Positions 49,703 to 60,553 of a DNA stretch of 64,000 nt are shown piece by piece (within the stretch, counting starts at the first letter, position 1; every line of letters starts with the position of its first letter). The stretch is taken from IMG/VR virus record IMGVR_UViG_3300041402_000314, positions 1 through 64,000 of that record; one strand, written 5' to 3'. The notes below the pieces were generated by a model. It was given only the letters and a program-made list of their open reading frames with translations. It had not been told where the DNA came from and ran no database searches. Position numbers and translations under genes: made by a program.

Positions 49703-51493
49703 TTATTCCTCTACCTTGATCTTAGAGAAATCTCCTTCCTTATAACATTCAATTCTAGTAGCATCTTCTATGACCAAATCCTTGTTATGGGACACGACAA
49801 AAATATTCTTAAGTTGTTCCTTCTTAACCTTCTCTTTGAGTATAGAAATGAAGATACCTTGAGCAATAGAATCTATGGAACCATCAAGCAGCTCATCGAG
49901 AACCAATATGTTAGTATGAACACTATTTTTGTTTCTGGTCATGTCGATGAAAGATAGAAGAATAGCAAGATCGATTCTCTTCTTTTCACCAGCGGACAAG
50001 TTGTAATAGTTCAAACCTTTCTTAGAGAATCCCTTTAATGTGATATCGAAAGTATCAGAGAATTCTACATGGAAATTCTTTTCAAAATCACTCATATACT
50101 TCTTGATAGAGGAATTCAGGAAAGGAAGGTCTTTCTTGATAGCGGAAGCCTTTACACCTTCATCCGATAAAATGGTTTTGAGAGAGGTCAGGAGCTTGAG
50201 TTTGGCTTCGAAGCTTTCCTTCTCGACCTTGAGCTTCTTGTACTTCTCTACATAGTCCTTTATCTTCTGCTTATCAATGAGTCCAGAGATATGATTATCG
50301 ATAGTATCTAATTTCTTTGAGTTGATATCCCTTTCTATTCTTTCAATACGTGTCTCAATACCAGATACTTTAACATCTATATCGCTGTTAGTAGCCCATA
50401 TAGCTTCGATAGTATCTTTAAGACTTTCTTTTTCTTCATTAACAACAGTTTGTTCCGTTGCAATAGCATCTTTCTTCTTACTATCAAGCTTAATCTTTTT
50501 CTTCAGATCAGCGATTTCTTTCTTATAGGTCTTAATATGTCCTTGGCGGTGCTTATCATCCATCTCAGAAGCGCATGTAGGACACGTAGAATTGTCCTCA
50601 AAGAACGTTATCTCCTTCTCCTTGCCCTCGATATCCCTTTCATAGTTTTCTACGCTTAAATCGAGTTTTGTGAACTCCTGCCTGAGAGCATCGTATTTTG
50701 ATTCCTTGGTGGAAAGTTCATCTTTCTCTTTCTTTATCTTCTTTTCATCGACCAACTTACTTTCAAGAGGTTCAATCTGGCTTTCCAGTTCTTTCAATTC
50801 CTTCTCAAGAGCCTCAATAGCATCTAGTTTATCCTGCTCGAACTTTTCCTTCAGCTCTTTATACTTCTTAAGCTTATCCTTACCATCTATGACTATCTCT
50901 TTAGTGAATTCAAAGTCCTTTTTGGTATTGTTAAGCATGTCCTTAGTATCTTTAATTCTCTTCTTAACGTTGTCTAACATCAGGGAGTATATCTTGAGTC
51001 CCATCAAATTCTCTGTTATACTTCTAGTCTCGGTTGGTTCAAGATCGACAAAAGGCTTAGATGTATTCACACTCAGTACAGAAATATTCTTGAAGGTGAG
51101 AGCATCCATCTGAATGATTCTATCCAGCTCTTTTTGAACGAGAACAGCGGAAGAAAGGCTATCCATTTTCTTACCATCTTTCCATAGTTCAAGGTAGTTA
51201 GGCTTCAAACCTCTTTTAACCGTATATTTGGTTCTACCGTCTATAGTAAAATCAAGAGTAACCTCACATTCTTTCTTGTTGATGTTGTTGATTACCTGTT
51301 TCTGGGTTATCTTCTTTCTATGAATCTTTCCGAATAGAGCAAAGGATATAGCATCGACTATTGAGGTAGACTTACCAGTTCCATTTTCTCCTGTGATCAG
51401 AGTGAAGGCACTCTTATTTAAAAATATCTCGGTAATAGCATTACCATAACTCAAAAAATTCTTTAACGTTATTTTTCCAAAATCAATTCTCAT
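49703..51493 (-). CDS. recombination endonuclease subunit gp46 (Rad50/SbcC-like)
   Basis: LKNFLSYGN, GENGTGKST, CPTC zinc hook, LSAGEKKRIDLA, LVLDE, VVSH. Confidence 0.93.
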   Translation of the reverse strand: MRIDFGKITLKNFLSYGNAITEIFLNKSAFTLITGENGTGKSTSIVDAISFALFGKIHRKKITQKQVINNINKKECEVTLDFTIDGRTKYTVKRGLKPNYLELWKDGKKMDSLSSAVLVQKELDRIIQMDALTFKNISVLSVNTSKPFVDLEPTETRSITENLMGLKIYSLMLDNVKKRIKDTKDMLNNTKKDFEFTKEIVIDGKDKLKKYKELKEKFEQDKLDAIEALEKELKELESQIEPLESKLVDEKKIKKEKDELSTKESKYDALRQEFTKLDLSVENYERDIEGKEKEITFFEDNSTCPTCASEMDDKHRQGHIKTYKKEIADLKKKIKLDSKKKDAIATEQTVVNEEKESLKDTIEAIWATNSDIDVKVSGIETRIERIERDINSKKLDTIDNHISGLIDKQKIKDYVEKYKKLKVEKESFEAKLKLLTSLKTILSDEGVKASAIKKDLPFLNSSIKKYMSDFEKNFHVEFSDTFDITLKGFSKKGLNYYNLSAGEKKRIDLAILLSFIDMTRNKNSVHTNILVLDELLDGSIDSIAQGIFISILKEKVKKEQLKNIFVVSHNKDLVIEDATRIECYKEGDFSKIKVEE

Positions 51494-52533
51494 ATTTGTA
51501 CCTCACCATGTATTTCGTGGCTTAATTTTATAAGCTCAAGTTTATCAATATCATCGGAAAACTCCGATTCCTTTATGAAGACATTAAGATATTCCAGAGG
51601 ATTAGAAAGGTTCTCATCCATCTCATCTGGGGTCTCTATTTCACCATCATCAAAACCATCTATTGTAAGTGATAATAGATTTTTTGTTAATATCTTTTCT
51701 TGAAGCTTCAGGACCGCCTTCTCAGTAACATCTTCATCGATAGTTAATTTCACGAAGTTATGAGCGAGATCAGAACTCGTTACAGTCTTATTTTTTATCT
51801 GGCTCAGAAGAACCTTCTTATACTGCGGTGACATGGTATTAGGGATGAAGTCTAGGTCTCCGCTCCTGAAGTTAAGAATATAGACTCCTTTCTCATTACC
51901 ACAATCACCCCAATCCATATGGAAGGGATTTCCGACATAAGTGATACCATCCGATTCTTGTCTGATATGAAAATGTCCTGAGAATGTCTTTCCGAACGCC
52001 TTCTTAAATTTGGAAGCATCCAGACCTGTTTTTTCAGTGACTCCAGACACTAACTCGAAGCCGTTTATCTCGAAATGACCAAAACAATAATCCGCTTTCT
52101 GGGAAAACAATTCTTTGGCCTCATCTGAGTTTATAATCCAAGGACATAGAACGACATCTTTATTATCTATTGAGAATCTTTTGATATCCTTTACTACCTT
52201 GAAGTTAGGATGGGTATTTTCGAACATCCTCAGACTAGATATATTCCTCGTATTCTTATAGTATATATCATGGTTCCCTGTAAGAAGCTCAATATTTAGA
52301 TCAGGAAATTCAGTAACTATCGATTCGAAACAATCAATAGCTATGTTAATGGTTTTCGTATTAATAGCGTTTCTGTTATTAAAGAAGTCCGCTAATATAA
52401 AAAGATAATCTATGTTATTTTCTTGGATGGTAGGGATAAGAAAATTCTCTAACCAGTCCAAGAAAATATCGTGATAAGTATCTGAATCTCCCCGAACTCC
52501 AACATGCCAATCTGACGTAATCAATGCTTTCAT
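51490..52533 (-). CDS. recombination endonuclease subunit gp47 (Mre11/SbcD-like)
   Basis: SDWHVG, GNHD, GHFE, SGHFH, YVGNP; adjacent to gp46. Confidence 0.92.
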   Translation of the reverse strand: MKALITSDWHVGVRGDSDTYHDIFLDWLENFLIPTIQENNIDYLFILADFFNNRNAINTKTINIAIDCFESIVTEFPDLNIELLTGNHDIYYKNTRNISSLRMFENTHPNFKVVKDIKRFSIDNKDVVLCPWIINSDEAKELFSQKADYCFGHFEINGFELVSGVTEKTGLDASKFKKAFGKTFSGHFHIRQESDGITYVGNPFHMDWGDCGNEKGVYILNFRSGDLDFIPNTMSPQYKKVLLSQIKNKTVTSSDLAHNFVKLTIDEDVTEKAVLKLQEKILTKNLLSLTIDGFDDGEIETPDEMDENLSNPLEYLNVFIKESEFSDDIDKLELIKLSHEIHGEVQI

Positions 52534-52738
52534 ATTTTTCCTCTCTTATATTTTTATTAAAAATAAAACACCTAATACCGCAACTACTATTAATACTTGA
52601 AGTGCTAACATTGCTCCAGCATATCCACAATTATGTTCTTCGCCTTCTTGGTATACTACTCCACATCCATAACAATGATACTCAAAATCAGGAATCTTAA
52701 TATTTTTATCTGGTTTACTCATTATTTTCTCCTAACTG

Positions 52739-53050
52739 TTATAATTCAATACTATCAGGTATATTAAATCCTTCGATAATATATAGTTCATGAAACATAG
52801 GTCTCGTAAAATCTCGTTCTTTTTTAACTGTAGTGACACCCTCAACTTCTATCAATAAACACTGTACATATCCGACCCATCTCCCTGTCTTATCTGGAGG
52901 CCATAACATACAGTTATCAACAACACATTTCATCATATCGTTAACTCTATCTTCCGATATAAGCCCTGTAACCATCTCAGCATATCGTTCCTGTAGTTTA
53001 AGATAGAGTAGGTTGGTCAAATTCGTCATGATAAGATTATTGTTGATCAT
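52739..53050 (-). CDS. hypothetical protein
   Basis: DKTGRWVGYVQ...ERDFTRP. Confidence 0.55.
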   Translation of the reverse strand: MINNNLIMTNLTNLLYLKLQERYAEMVTGLISEDRVNDMMKCVVDNCMLWPPDKTGRWVGYVQCLLIEVEGVTTVKKERDFTRPMFHELYIIEGFNIPDSIEL

Positions 53051-53465
53051 ATTCCGATTCACAATCTCCAGAATCTTGTGAATCTATATATAAATTTTCT
53101 CTTTGTAAGAATTCATCGTAAGCTTGTTTTCTTATTTTCTCTATATTCATATTACCTTTCTTTTCCTTCTTAATTCTCATTATGAATGCGTTTATGATTG
53201 TTCTGGTAAAATACGCGAAAGGATTAGAACTTTTTGTTCTATCGAAAGTACCAGCATATCTACAAAGATTGAAAAGTGCGTCTGATTGCATTTCAGCTTT
53301 CCAGTCATCCGAATAGTTTATGAACTGCCTTGAGAATAAAAGATTTTTGGTCATATCCACAAAAATCTTACCTAGCTTTTCGGTTAAAACTTTTGTTTCT
53401 TTATATTCGTCTAAGAGTACCAAGAACTCAGTGTTATTTACAAAATATTTTTTCTTTATTGTCAT
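53037..53465 (-). CDS. T4 gp55-like late sigma factor
   Basis: YFVNNTEF, FINYS, EMQSDAL, FDRTKSSNPFAYFT..IINAF..RIKKEKK. Confidence 0.9.
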   Translation of the reverse strand: MTIKKKYFVNNTEFLVLLDEYKETKVLTEKLGKIFVDMTKNLLFSRQFINYSDDWKAEMQSDALFNLCRYAGTFDRTKSSNPFAYFTRTIINAFIMRIKKEKKGNMNIEKIRKQAYDEFLQRENLYIDSQDSGDCESEYDQQ

Positions 53466-53599
53466 CTATACTCCTTGTAGGTTTCCAACATGTTATTTTA
53501 AAAAATTCAACATGTTATTTAAAAGCCTATATTATACTACATTATAAGGGGTTTTGTCAAATCAGCCTATAAATATTTATATCGCATATTTGTGGCGAT

Positions 53600-53629
53600 T
53601 TGACAAAATGAGGTCAGATGAGTTATAAT
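53600..53629 (+). promoter_or_regulatory. sigma70-type promoter
   Basis: TTGACA-18-TATAAT. Confidence 0.8.
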
Positions 53630-53661
53630 GCAGTTAATAAATTTGAGGAGAAAAAACATCT

Positions 53662-54414
53662 ATGATTGAAAAAACTAGAGTAGTAGAAATTAGGAAGGGA
53701 GGTGAGTTATTTTATACAGATTGGGAAGATGGGGAATGGATTGAAACGAACGTAACAGAAACTATAAATAATCATTTATTTGACCCATGTTATTTCGCAG
53801 ATGATCTAATATTAAAGGATATATTCGATGTGGTAGAACCTAACATCGATCTATTTAAGATCATGATGCCATATGAGCAAATAGATAAAATAATAACGGA
53901 ATCTAAAACAGCTTGTTCTCCTGAAAACAACGAAAAACAAGACATTAGCCTATTGTTGGGTTGGTGTGTAGAACATGAGAAAGAGTTCAAGGAATTAGCA
54001 GTTCACACCACGTTCGATGGTGTTACCCATGAAGACAGAGAACAGGAAATAGAAGGTGATATAGGCAATGGTAGAATAGGTTTAGATTTTCTTCCTGCTA
54101 ATCATCTCATCGACTGTGAAATAAGACAGAATACGAGATTTGATGTCTGGGGCGGAATCGGATATGGTATAGAAGTGTCTAAAGAGCCTCTTATGCGGTT
54201 AGATTGTAAAAGTTTTACCTTGCTGGAAGTCATTTATGGGATTTTCTTCGAACTTTCCTTTCACGGTCCTCCAAGAGAGCGAGAGAGAAGAGGAAACGAA
54301 TTAGTAGAAACCATCAAGAAAGCAGAAGCGGATATGGCAGAAGGTAGGCTTAAAAGTATGACGATGGAAGAATTTGAAGATAAATATAAAGACTTATTAG
54401 GAGAAGATGAATAA
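53662..54414 (+). CDS. hypothetical protein
   Basis: 250 aa; GAGGAG RBS; [20 protein letters not shown]. Confidence 0.65.
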   Translation: MIEKTRVVEIRKGGELFYTDWEDGEWIETNVTETINNHLFDPCYFADDLILKDIFDVVEPNIDLFKIMMPYEQIDKIITESKTACSPENNEKQDISLLLGWCVEHEKEFKELAVHTTFDGVTHEDREQEIEGDIGNGRIGLDFLPANHLIDCEIRQNTRFDVWGGIGYGIEVSKEPLMRLDCKSFTLLEVIYGIFFELSFHGPPRERERRGNELVETIKKAEADMAEGRLKSMTMEEFEDKYKDLLGEDE

Positions 54415-54842
54415 TGGATTTAAAAATAGTATATCATAGTAAAGAGTTGGTGAAGATAGTAAAAGAAGATCATGGAGATTGGATAGATTTGAGATCGGCA
54501 GAAACCGTGACCCTCAAAAAAGGTGAGTTCAAATACATTAGTTTGGGTATCTCGATTCATTTACCTGAAGGATATGAAGCGAATGTCGTGCCTAGAAGCA
54601 GCACATTCAAAAATTTCAAAATCATTCAGACTAATCATATGGGTGTGATCGATGAAACTTATTGTGGTAATGATGACATCTGGCATATGCCTGTTTATGC
54701 AATAGAAGATACCGTTATCAGCTTCAATGATAGGATTTGTCAGTTCAGAATCAATAAAAAACAGCCTCATATAACCTTCGATGAAGTAGAGAATCTTGAT
54801 AATGAATCTCGTGGTGGTTTGGGAAGTACAGGCATAAAATAG
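54414..54842 (+). CDS. dut: trimeric dUTPase
   Basis: [30 protein letters not shown]. Confidence 0.92.
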   Translation: MDLKIVYHSKELVKIVKEDHGDWIDLRSAETVTLKKGEFKYISLGISIHLPEGYEANVVPRSSTFKNFKIIQTNHMGVIDETYCGNDDIWHMPVYAIEDTVISFNDRICQFRINKKQPHITFDEVENLDNESRGGLGSTGIK

Positions 54843-54871
54843 GATATAAATAATTTATATAGGGAGTAGAA

Positions 54872-55048
54872 ATGACTACAGAAAAAATTGATTTTTTGTT
54901 AACCGAATTACAAGATTATGAAGATAGATTAACCGAATGGGAAAACGATTTTATTGATCACGTTATTGATGACTTTGAAATACAAGGACATTTGACCGAA
55001 TCGCAAGTAGAAAAGATAACCCAGATACATCATAAATTAAATATATAG
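54872..55048 (+). CDS. small hypothetical protein
   Basis: Not in the track; GGGAG RBS, MTTEKIDFLL...LTEWENDFI...LTESQVEKI. Confidence 0.5.
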   Translation: MTTEKIDFLLTELQDYEDRLTEWENDFIDHVIDDFEIQGHLTESQVEKITQIHHKLNI

Positions 55049-55063
55049 AAGGAGTAAGGCTGT

Positions 55064-56953
55064 ATGGATTTATACCAACAAGTAATTTACAAATCAAAAT
55101 ATTCTAGGTGGCTAGAATCAGAAAAGAGAAGGGAAACATGGGACGAAACTGTAGATAGATATATTGATTTCTTTAAGGCTAAATTTGAAGACACTAAAGG
55201 CATTCCTTGGAAAGATTTGAGAACAGCTATTTTCAATCTTGAAGTAATGCCGTCAATGAGAGCTTTGATGACGGCTGGAAAGGCTCTTGATAGAGATAAT
55301 GTAGCTGGTTATAACTGCTCTTATATAGTTATTGACTCGCCTAGAGCCTTTGATGAGGCTCTATATATTTTATGTTGTGGAACAGGCGTGGGCTTCTCAG
55401 CGGAACGTCAATATGTATCCCAACTTCCTATCATCTCTGAAGATTTTCATGAAACTGATAGCGTTATTGTAGTAAAGGACTCTAAAATAGGATGGGCTTC
55501 TGCATTCAGGGAATTACTTTCTCTGTTATGGATAGGCCAAATTCCTAAATGGGATACGTCTAAAATAAGACCTGCTGGCGCGAAGCTGAAAACCTTTGGT
55601 GGTAGAGCATCTGGACCAGCACCTTTGGAAGACCTCTTTAGGTTTTCTGTGGCTATGTTTAAGAATGCTCAAGGTAGAAAACTCTCATCTATCGAATGCC
55701 ATGATTTGATGTGTAAGGTTGCCGATATAGTGGTTGTCGGTGGAGTAAGAAGATCAGCTCTTATATCTCTTTCTAATCTATCGGATGATAAAATAAGAGT
55801 GGCTAAACATGGACAATGGTGGGTAGATAATCCTCAGAGACAATTGGCTAATAATTCTGCGGTCTATACCGAGAGACCTGATAGTGGAATATTCATGAAT
55901 GAGTGGTTAGCATTATATGATAGTAAAAGTGGTGAACGTGGTATTGTAAATAGACAGGGATTGAAGAAACAGGCTAAGAAGACCGAGCGTAGAGATATTA
56001 ATCATGATTTCGGTGTTAATCCTTGTGGTGAAATCATTTTGCGACCATATCAGTTCTGTAATCTAACTGAAGTTGTGATCAGGCCAGAAGATACTAGAGA
56101 AACATTGGAAAGAAAGGTAAGGCTGGCTTCTATTCTCGGTACTATTCAAGCAAGTCAGGTTAATTTTAGGTATCTAAGAGCTATCTGGAAGAGAAATACT
56201 GAAGAGGAAGCACTATTAGGCTTATCCTTCACTGGAATAATGGATAACCTTCATACGGCAAATAGAGGTGATACCGCTAAAGAGCTGGCTATAGACCTTG
56301 ATTATTTAAAGAATTATGCTATTGAAGTCAATCAGAAATTTGCTAAGAAGATAGGTGTAAATCCTGCTACTTCTGTTACTGCGGTAAAGCCTTCAGGAAC
56401 AGTTTCACAGCTCGTAGATTCTGCATCTGGTATTCATCCTAGATTTGCACCACATTACATTAGGAGAATTCGTTTAGATAAGAAAGACCCTATCTGTCAG
56501 GTGTTGAAGGAACATAATATACCTGTCGAGGATGATGAGATGTCTCCTACTAATTATGTGTTTTCATTTCCTCGTAAATGTCATGAAGATTCTGCATTCG
56601 TAAAAGATTTTTCTGCTATCAAACAGTTAAATCATTGGCTTCTTTATAAGCAACAATGGTGTGAACATAATCCATCTGTTACCATTTATGTTAATGAAGA
56701 TGAATGGATGAAAGTCGGAGCATGGGTATATGATAACTTTGACGAGGTAGGTGGTTTGTCTTTCTTCCCCACATCTAATTCTACTAACAAACAACAGCCA
56801 TATACTGAGATCAATAAGGAAGAGTATGAAGAAGCTGCTGCTAAAATGCCTGAAGTTATTAATTGGGATTTGTTAAGTGAGTATGAAAAGGAAGATATGA
56901 CTGAGAGCCAACAGACTTTGGCGTGTACTGGAGCTGGTGGTTGTGAGATATAA
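55064..56953 (+). CDS. nrdJ: class II (adenosylcobalamin) ribonucleotide reductase
   Basis: RRETWDETVDRY, MPSMR, YNCS, GGVRRSA, NPCGEI, CNLTE, TAVKPSGT, C-terminal ACTGAGGCEI. Confidence 0.93.
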   Translation: MDLYQQVIYKSKYSRWLESEKRRETWDETVDRYIDFFKAKFEDTKGIPWKDLRTAIFNLEVMPSMRALMTAGKALDRDNVAGYNCSYIVIDSPRAFDEALYILCCGTGVGFSAERQYVSQLPIISEDFHETDSVIVVKDSKIGWASAFRELLSLLWIGQIPKWDTSKIRPAGAKLKTFGGRASGPAPLEDLFRFSVAMFKNAQGRKLSSIECHDLMCKVADIVVVGGVRRSALISLSNLSDDKIRVAKHGQWWVDNPQRQLANNSAVYTERPDSGIFMNEWLALYDSKSGERGIVNRQGLKKQAKKTERRDINHDFGVNPCGEIILRPYQFCNLTEVVIRPEDTRETLERKVRLASILGTIQASQVNFRYLRAIWKRNTEEEALLGLSFTGIMDNLHTANRGDTAKELAIDLDYLKNYAIEVNQKFAKKIGVNPATSVTAVKPSGTVSQLVDSASGIHPRFAPHYIRRIRLDKKDPICQVLKEHNIPVEDDEMSPTNYVFSFPRKCHEDSAFVKDFSAIKQLNHWLLYKQQWCEHNPSVTIYVNEDEWMKVGAWVYDNFDEVGGLSFFPTSNSTNKQQPYTEINKEEYEEAAAKMPEVINWDLLSEYEKEDMTESQQTLACTGAGGCEI

Positions 56954-56985
56954 ATCCGAAAATCATAAATAATTAAGAGAGTGAT

Positions 56986-57282
56986 ATGATAAAGCTAAAA
57001 AATAATTGGAATCTTAACATAGGCTTGGTTAGAGTCCGAGAAAATCTTTATAAAGTCATACTAGATGAAAATAGTCATTATTTCTCTAAGGGATATGACG
57101 CAATGGACTTGAATACCATAATCTCTATCGGTTTCGAGGGAGGCACTAAATTATATGTCGGTGAACATATCGAAACGATAGAAGAGAAGGTCATAGCCCA
57201 AACAGAAGATGAAGATAACGTAGTAGAATATCATATTACTTTCAAAGGAGAAGTGCCTAAAGAAATAATAGCAGAGGAATGA
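56986..57282 (+). CDS. hypothetical protein
   Basis: 98 aa in operon. Confidence 0.5.
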   Translation: MIKLKNNWNLNIGLVRVRENLYKVILDENSHYFSKGYDAMDLNTIISIGFEGGTKLYVGEHIETIEEKVIAQTEDEDNVVEYHITFKGEVPKEIIAEE

Positions 57283-57286
57283 AACT

Positions 57287-57586
57287 ATGGAAAAGGAAGG
57301 AAAGAAGAAAAGGAAAGTAAAGGTTCCTGTAAATCAGAAAAAGGAAGTCACTTTTGTAGATATAGAGCCTAAATTCGTGGGAGTTAAAGATAGTTACTTA
57401 CCTCACGTACTAGTTAAGTTGGATATCTGTTCGAGTAATAGTGAAGCTAGACAATATATCAGGTCTAAAGGCGTACTCTTAAACAGTGTCCAGACTAATA
57501 GCTGTGATGCCGTTTCAGAGGGTCTTAAGATAGAGCAGTTTGAATTGGCGGTGGACGGTGGACTATATCATATTTTTTTGATATAG
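57287..57586 (+). CDS. possible S4-like RNA-binding domain protein
   Basis: LVKLDICSSNSEARQYIRSKGVLLN resembles the S4 motif at the TyrRS C-terminus. Confidence 0.5.
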   Translation: MEKEGKKKRKVKVPVNQKKEVTFVDIEPKFVGVKDSYLPHVLVKLDICSSNSEARQYIRSKGVLLNSVQTNSCDAVSEGLKIEQFELAVDGGLYHIFLI

Positions 57587-57598
57587 TCAACCACCAAT

Positions 57599-57628
57599 TT
57601 GACAAAACAGCTCCGAATCTGTTATAAT
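57599..57628 (+). promoter_or_regulatory. sigma70-type promoter for DNA polymerase
   Basis: TTGACA-18-TATAAT. Confidence 0.8.
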
Positions 57629-57658
57629 GTTAGTTTAATTTGAGGAGTAAAATAGTTT

Positions 57659-60214
57659 ATGAGTTATGCCAATGTATATTTTGCCAGAAAGAAAACTGGT
57701 GATACGATTTATTTGTATGAATATGATAAAAATGGACAAAGACAGTTAAGAGAAGAAGAGTATGAATCCTATTGCTACATCCCAAGTGATGATGGTGATT
57801 ATAAAGATTTGTTCGGAAATCGTTGCAAGAAGAAAGTTTTTGATAGCTATTATGGTGATCAAAGGCCATACGTGAAAGATAAAACCACTTATGAAGGAGA
57901 TATACCACCCGAAGACAGGTTCTTAATAGACAATTACCATGATAAGAATCTACTAGAAACCATCCCAAAATTACAGGTTCATACCATAGACATCGAAACC
58001 GACTCCTGTGGTGGTATGTCTACTGCTTCTAGGATAGAAGATGAGATACTTCTCATCACTGTCTATTCTAATGTTACTAAAAAATATCATGTTTTCGGTG
58101 TAAAGGACTATACCCCAGAAGCGGATAATGTCGAATATAATTACTGTGAAGATGAGAGAGAACTACTTAAGAAATATTTTAAGTGGCATACTCAGAATTT
58201 CCCAGATGTTATAACTGGATGGAACAGTAAATGGTTCGATATACCTTACATTTTGGATAGAACTCTTCATTATAGCGAGAACATGCATAAAAGATATTCC
58301 CCTTTCAAAAACGTGAGAGAGTTGAACTTCGGAAATAAGGGATTTAATGATAGGGAATATGATATAGCAGGTATAACACAACTCGACTATCTTGATCTGT
58401 ATAAGGAATTTTCCATCAATGAATCAGAGTCTTATAAGCTTAACCATATTACTCATTTAGAACTAGGTGAAGAAAAGCTTAAGTTCGACGGCACTCTTTT
58501 TGACCTATGGAAGACAGATTGGAAGAAATATGTTGATTATAACATAAAAGACGTGGAACTTGTTAAGAAACTAGATGATAAACTGGCCTTCATCGATCTG
58601 ATTCAAGTACAGGCTTATATCTGTAAAGTTCCTCTGAAAAAGGTAAGTTCCTCCATAAAGAAGTTTGATAACTATCTGATGACTACATTGAAATCTCGTA
58701 AAATTGTGTTGCCTACTCTCAAGAGAAAAAGTAAGCAAGATTTTATAGGTGGATATGTGGCGAAACCACAAAGAGGATTCTATGCACATATAACCAGTTT
58801 TGACTTCAGGGCGTTGTATCCACATATTATATTTGCCCTGAATCTCTCTCCTGAGACGTTTGTTGGAGTTATCCTTGATGACATAGGCCAACCTTTTAGA
58901 GAGTTGGATATGGGCAAGATATGGGACGATAATGAGTATATTATTGTAGATCGTAAGAAGAATGAAAAGACGGTCAATGGTCTTAAGCTGAAGAAGTGGA
59001 TAAGGAAGAAGAAATACATGCTTTCCCCAAATGGTCTTATGTTCAAATCAGAAGAAGGATTTCTCCCTAAAGTAGTGCAAGGTGTCTTTAGTAAGAGAAA
59101 AGAATATAAGAAAATCATGCAACAACATAAGATGCAATACGAGAAGACCCAAAGCCAAGAAGATGCAGATTTGGCTCATAAGTATGATTTGTATCAGTAC
59201 GCTATGAAGATATTCGCTAACTCCATATATGGCATCATGGGTAACGCAAATTTCCGATTCTTTAATCCAGACTTCGCGGAAGCTATTACCTTAACAGGTA
59301 GGAAGGTTATCATATACTCTTCTGATAAAACCAATGAGTTATTTAAGGAAAAATTTGATTTGGATTATGACGCTGTTGTGTATGGAGACACAGATAGTAT
59401 ATATGTTAACTACCTACCAGTAGTAGAAAAATTCGGTCTCGAAAAAGACACTCTGATATCAGGCATAAATACTTTTAATGAAGAAACCATGCAGCCTTTT
59501 TTCGATGAGATATTTGATGAATTTTCAATGAATCTCATGAATACAGGCAAGAACTGGTTCGAGCTTGAGAGAGAATCTATCTCCACTGGTGCTATCTTCA
59601 TTGAGCCTAAGAAGTATTGCTGTCGTGTTATAGATGAGGAGTATACTACCTTTGCCGAGCCTAAGTTAAAAGTCAAAGGCATGGAAATAGTCAGGAGTTC
59701 TACACCAGCATTTTGTAGGGAAAAGATTAAGGAAGTTGTGAACCTGATAATAGATACGATGGATAGACAAAAGGTAATAGATGATATCCGAGATATCAGA
59801 CTGGATTTCTACAAACAGGACATTGAAGATATTGCTTTTCCTAGAGGAGTTAAGACTATAGATAAATATCTGGGTAGTCGAGGAAATATACTGAGTGGAT
59901 GTACTATTCAAGCAAGAGCCTCGATAAATTTCAACAATTTACTCAATCGTTTTGAAGTCAATGGGAAGTATACTGAGATACACCAAGGAGATAAGATAAA
60001 GTTCATATATATGAAAGAATCGAATACCGTTTTAACTGGTCAGAATATAATAGGATTCTCTGAGGTTTTACCAGAAGAATTTGGGCTTCATAAGTTCATA
60101 GATAAAGATACACAGTTTGAGAAATCATTCATGGGTCCAATCAAGAAACTTTTTGATGCGGTTGGTTTCGGTTATCCTAATATTGATGTTACTAACATGG
60201 AGGAATTTTTCTAG
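57659..60214 (+). CDS. family B DNA polymerase (T4 gp43-like)
   Basis: DIET, TGWNSKWFD, YNIKDV, SFDFRALYP, KIFANSIYG, YGDTDS, KKYC; intact, ends at TAG. Confidence 0.97.
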   Translation: MSYANVYFARKKTGDTIYLYEYDKNGQRQLREEEYESYCYIPSDDGDYKDLFGNRCKKKVFDSYYGDQRPYVKDKTTYEGDIPPEDRFLIDNYHDKNLLETIPKLQVHTIDIETDSCGGMSTASRIEDEILLITVYSNVTKKYHVFGVKDYTPEADNVEYNYCEDERELLKKYFKWHTQNFPDVITGWNSKWFDIPYILDRTLHYSENMHKRYSPFKNVRELNFGNKGFNDREYDIAGITQLDYLDLYKEFSINESESYKLNHITHLELGEEKLKFDGTLFDLWKTDWKKYVDYNIKDVELVKKLDDKLAFIDLIQVQAYICKVPLKKVSSSIKKFDNYLMTTLKSRKIVLPTLKRKSKQDFIGGYVAKPQRGFYAHITSFDFRALYPHIIFALNLSPETFVGVILDDIGQPFRELDMGKIWDDNEYIIVDRKKNEKTVNGLKLKKWIRKKKYMLSPNGLMFKSEEGFLPKVVQGVFSKRKEYKKIMQQHKMQYEKTQSQEDADLAHKYDLYQYAMKIFANSIYGIMGNANFRFFNPDFAEAITLTGRKVIIYSSDKTNELFKEKFDLDYDAVVYGDTDSIYVNYLPVVEKFGLEKDTLISGINTFNEETMQPFFDEIFDEFSMNLMNTGKNWFELERESISTGAIFIEPKKYCCRVIDEEYTTFAEPKLKVKGMEIVRSSTPAFCREKIKEVVNLIIDTMDRQKVIDDIRDIRLDFYKQDIEDIAFPRGVKTIDKYLGSRGNILSGCTIQARASINFNNLLNRFEVNGKYTEIHQGDKIKFIYMKESNTVLTGQNIIGFSEVLPEEFGLHKFIDKDTQFEKSFMGPIKKLFDAVGFGYPNIDVTNMEEFF

Positions 60215-60226
60215 TGGAGGATGTGA

Positions 60227-60553
60227 ATGAGTAAGAAAATAGAAGAGATAATAAAGGTTAGCACTTCGGGTTTGTTGGAGAGATTTTATGGTGATTATAA
60301 TGACATCATAACTAGAAAGACTATTACATCACAAGTCGATGATTTTTTAGAGTCATTAGAAATAAATGATTATGAAATCGTGTGTAATGATACCAACAAC
60401 CCTGCTAAAATGATCGATGAGAATAAACTTTTATTGGAAATATATATTCAATATCAAAACGATGAAGAGTATAAGAAATATAGATTTGAAATGAGCAGGG
60501 AAGGTGCAGACTTTTCAGAATTATTAGACAAAACGGAGGAAGTAAATGGGTAA
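60227..60553 (+). CDS. standalone tail-sheath C-terminal-like domain protein
   Basis: TRKTITSQVDDFLESL..DYEIVCNDTNNPAKMIDENKLLLEIYIQ resembles the C-terminus of contractile sheath (gp18-like) proteins. Confidence 0.55.
   Translation: MSKKIEEIIKVSTSGLLERFYGDYNDIITRKTITSQVDDFLESLEINDYEIVCNDTNNPAKMIDENKLLLEIYIQYQNDEEYKKYRFEMSREGADFSELLDKTEEVNG

Noticed and set aside
638-60000. Numerous antisense ORFs in the six-frame track (for example 638..877, 27502..27906, 35575..36039, 43468..44022, 50670..51113, 58780..59118)
   Set aside because: They lie fully opposite well-supported genes, are hydrophobic/Ser-Phe-rich mirror translations and lack an RBS.
55064-60214. Introns or inteins in nrdJ and the DNA polymerase
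   Set aside because: Both ORFs are continuous and of ordinary length, with no intein splice-junction motifs evident.
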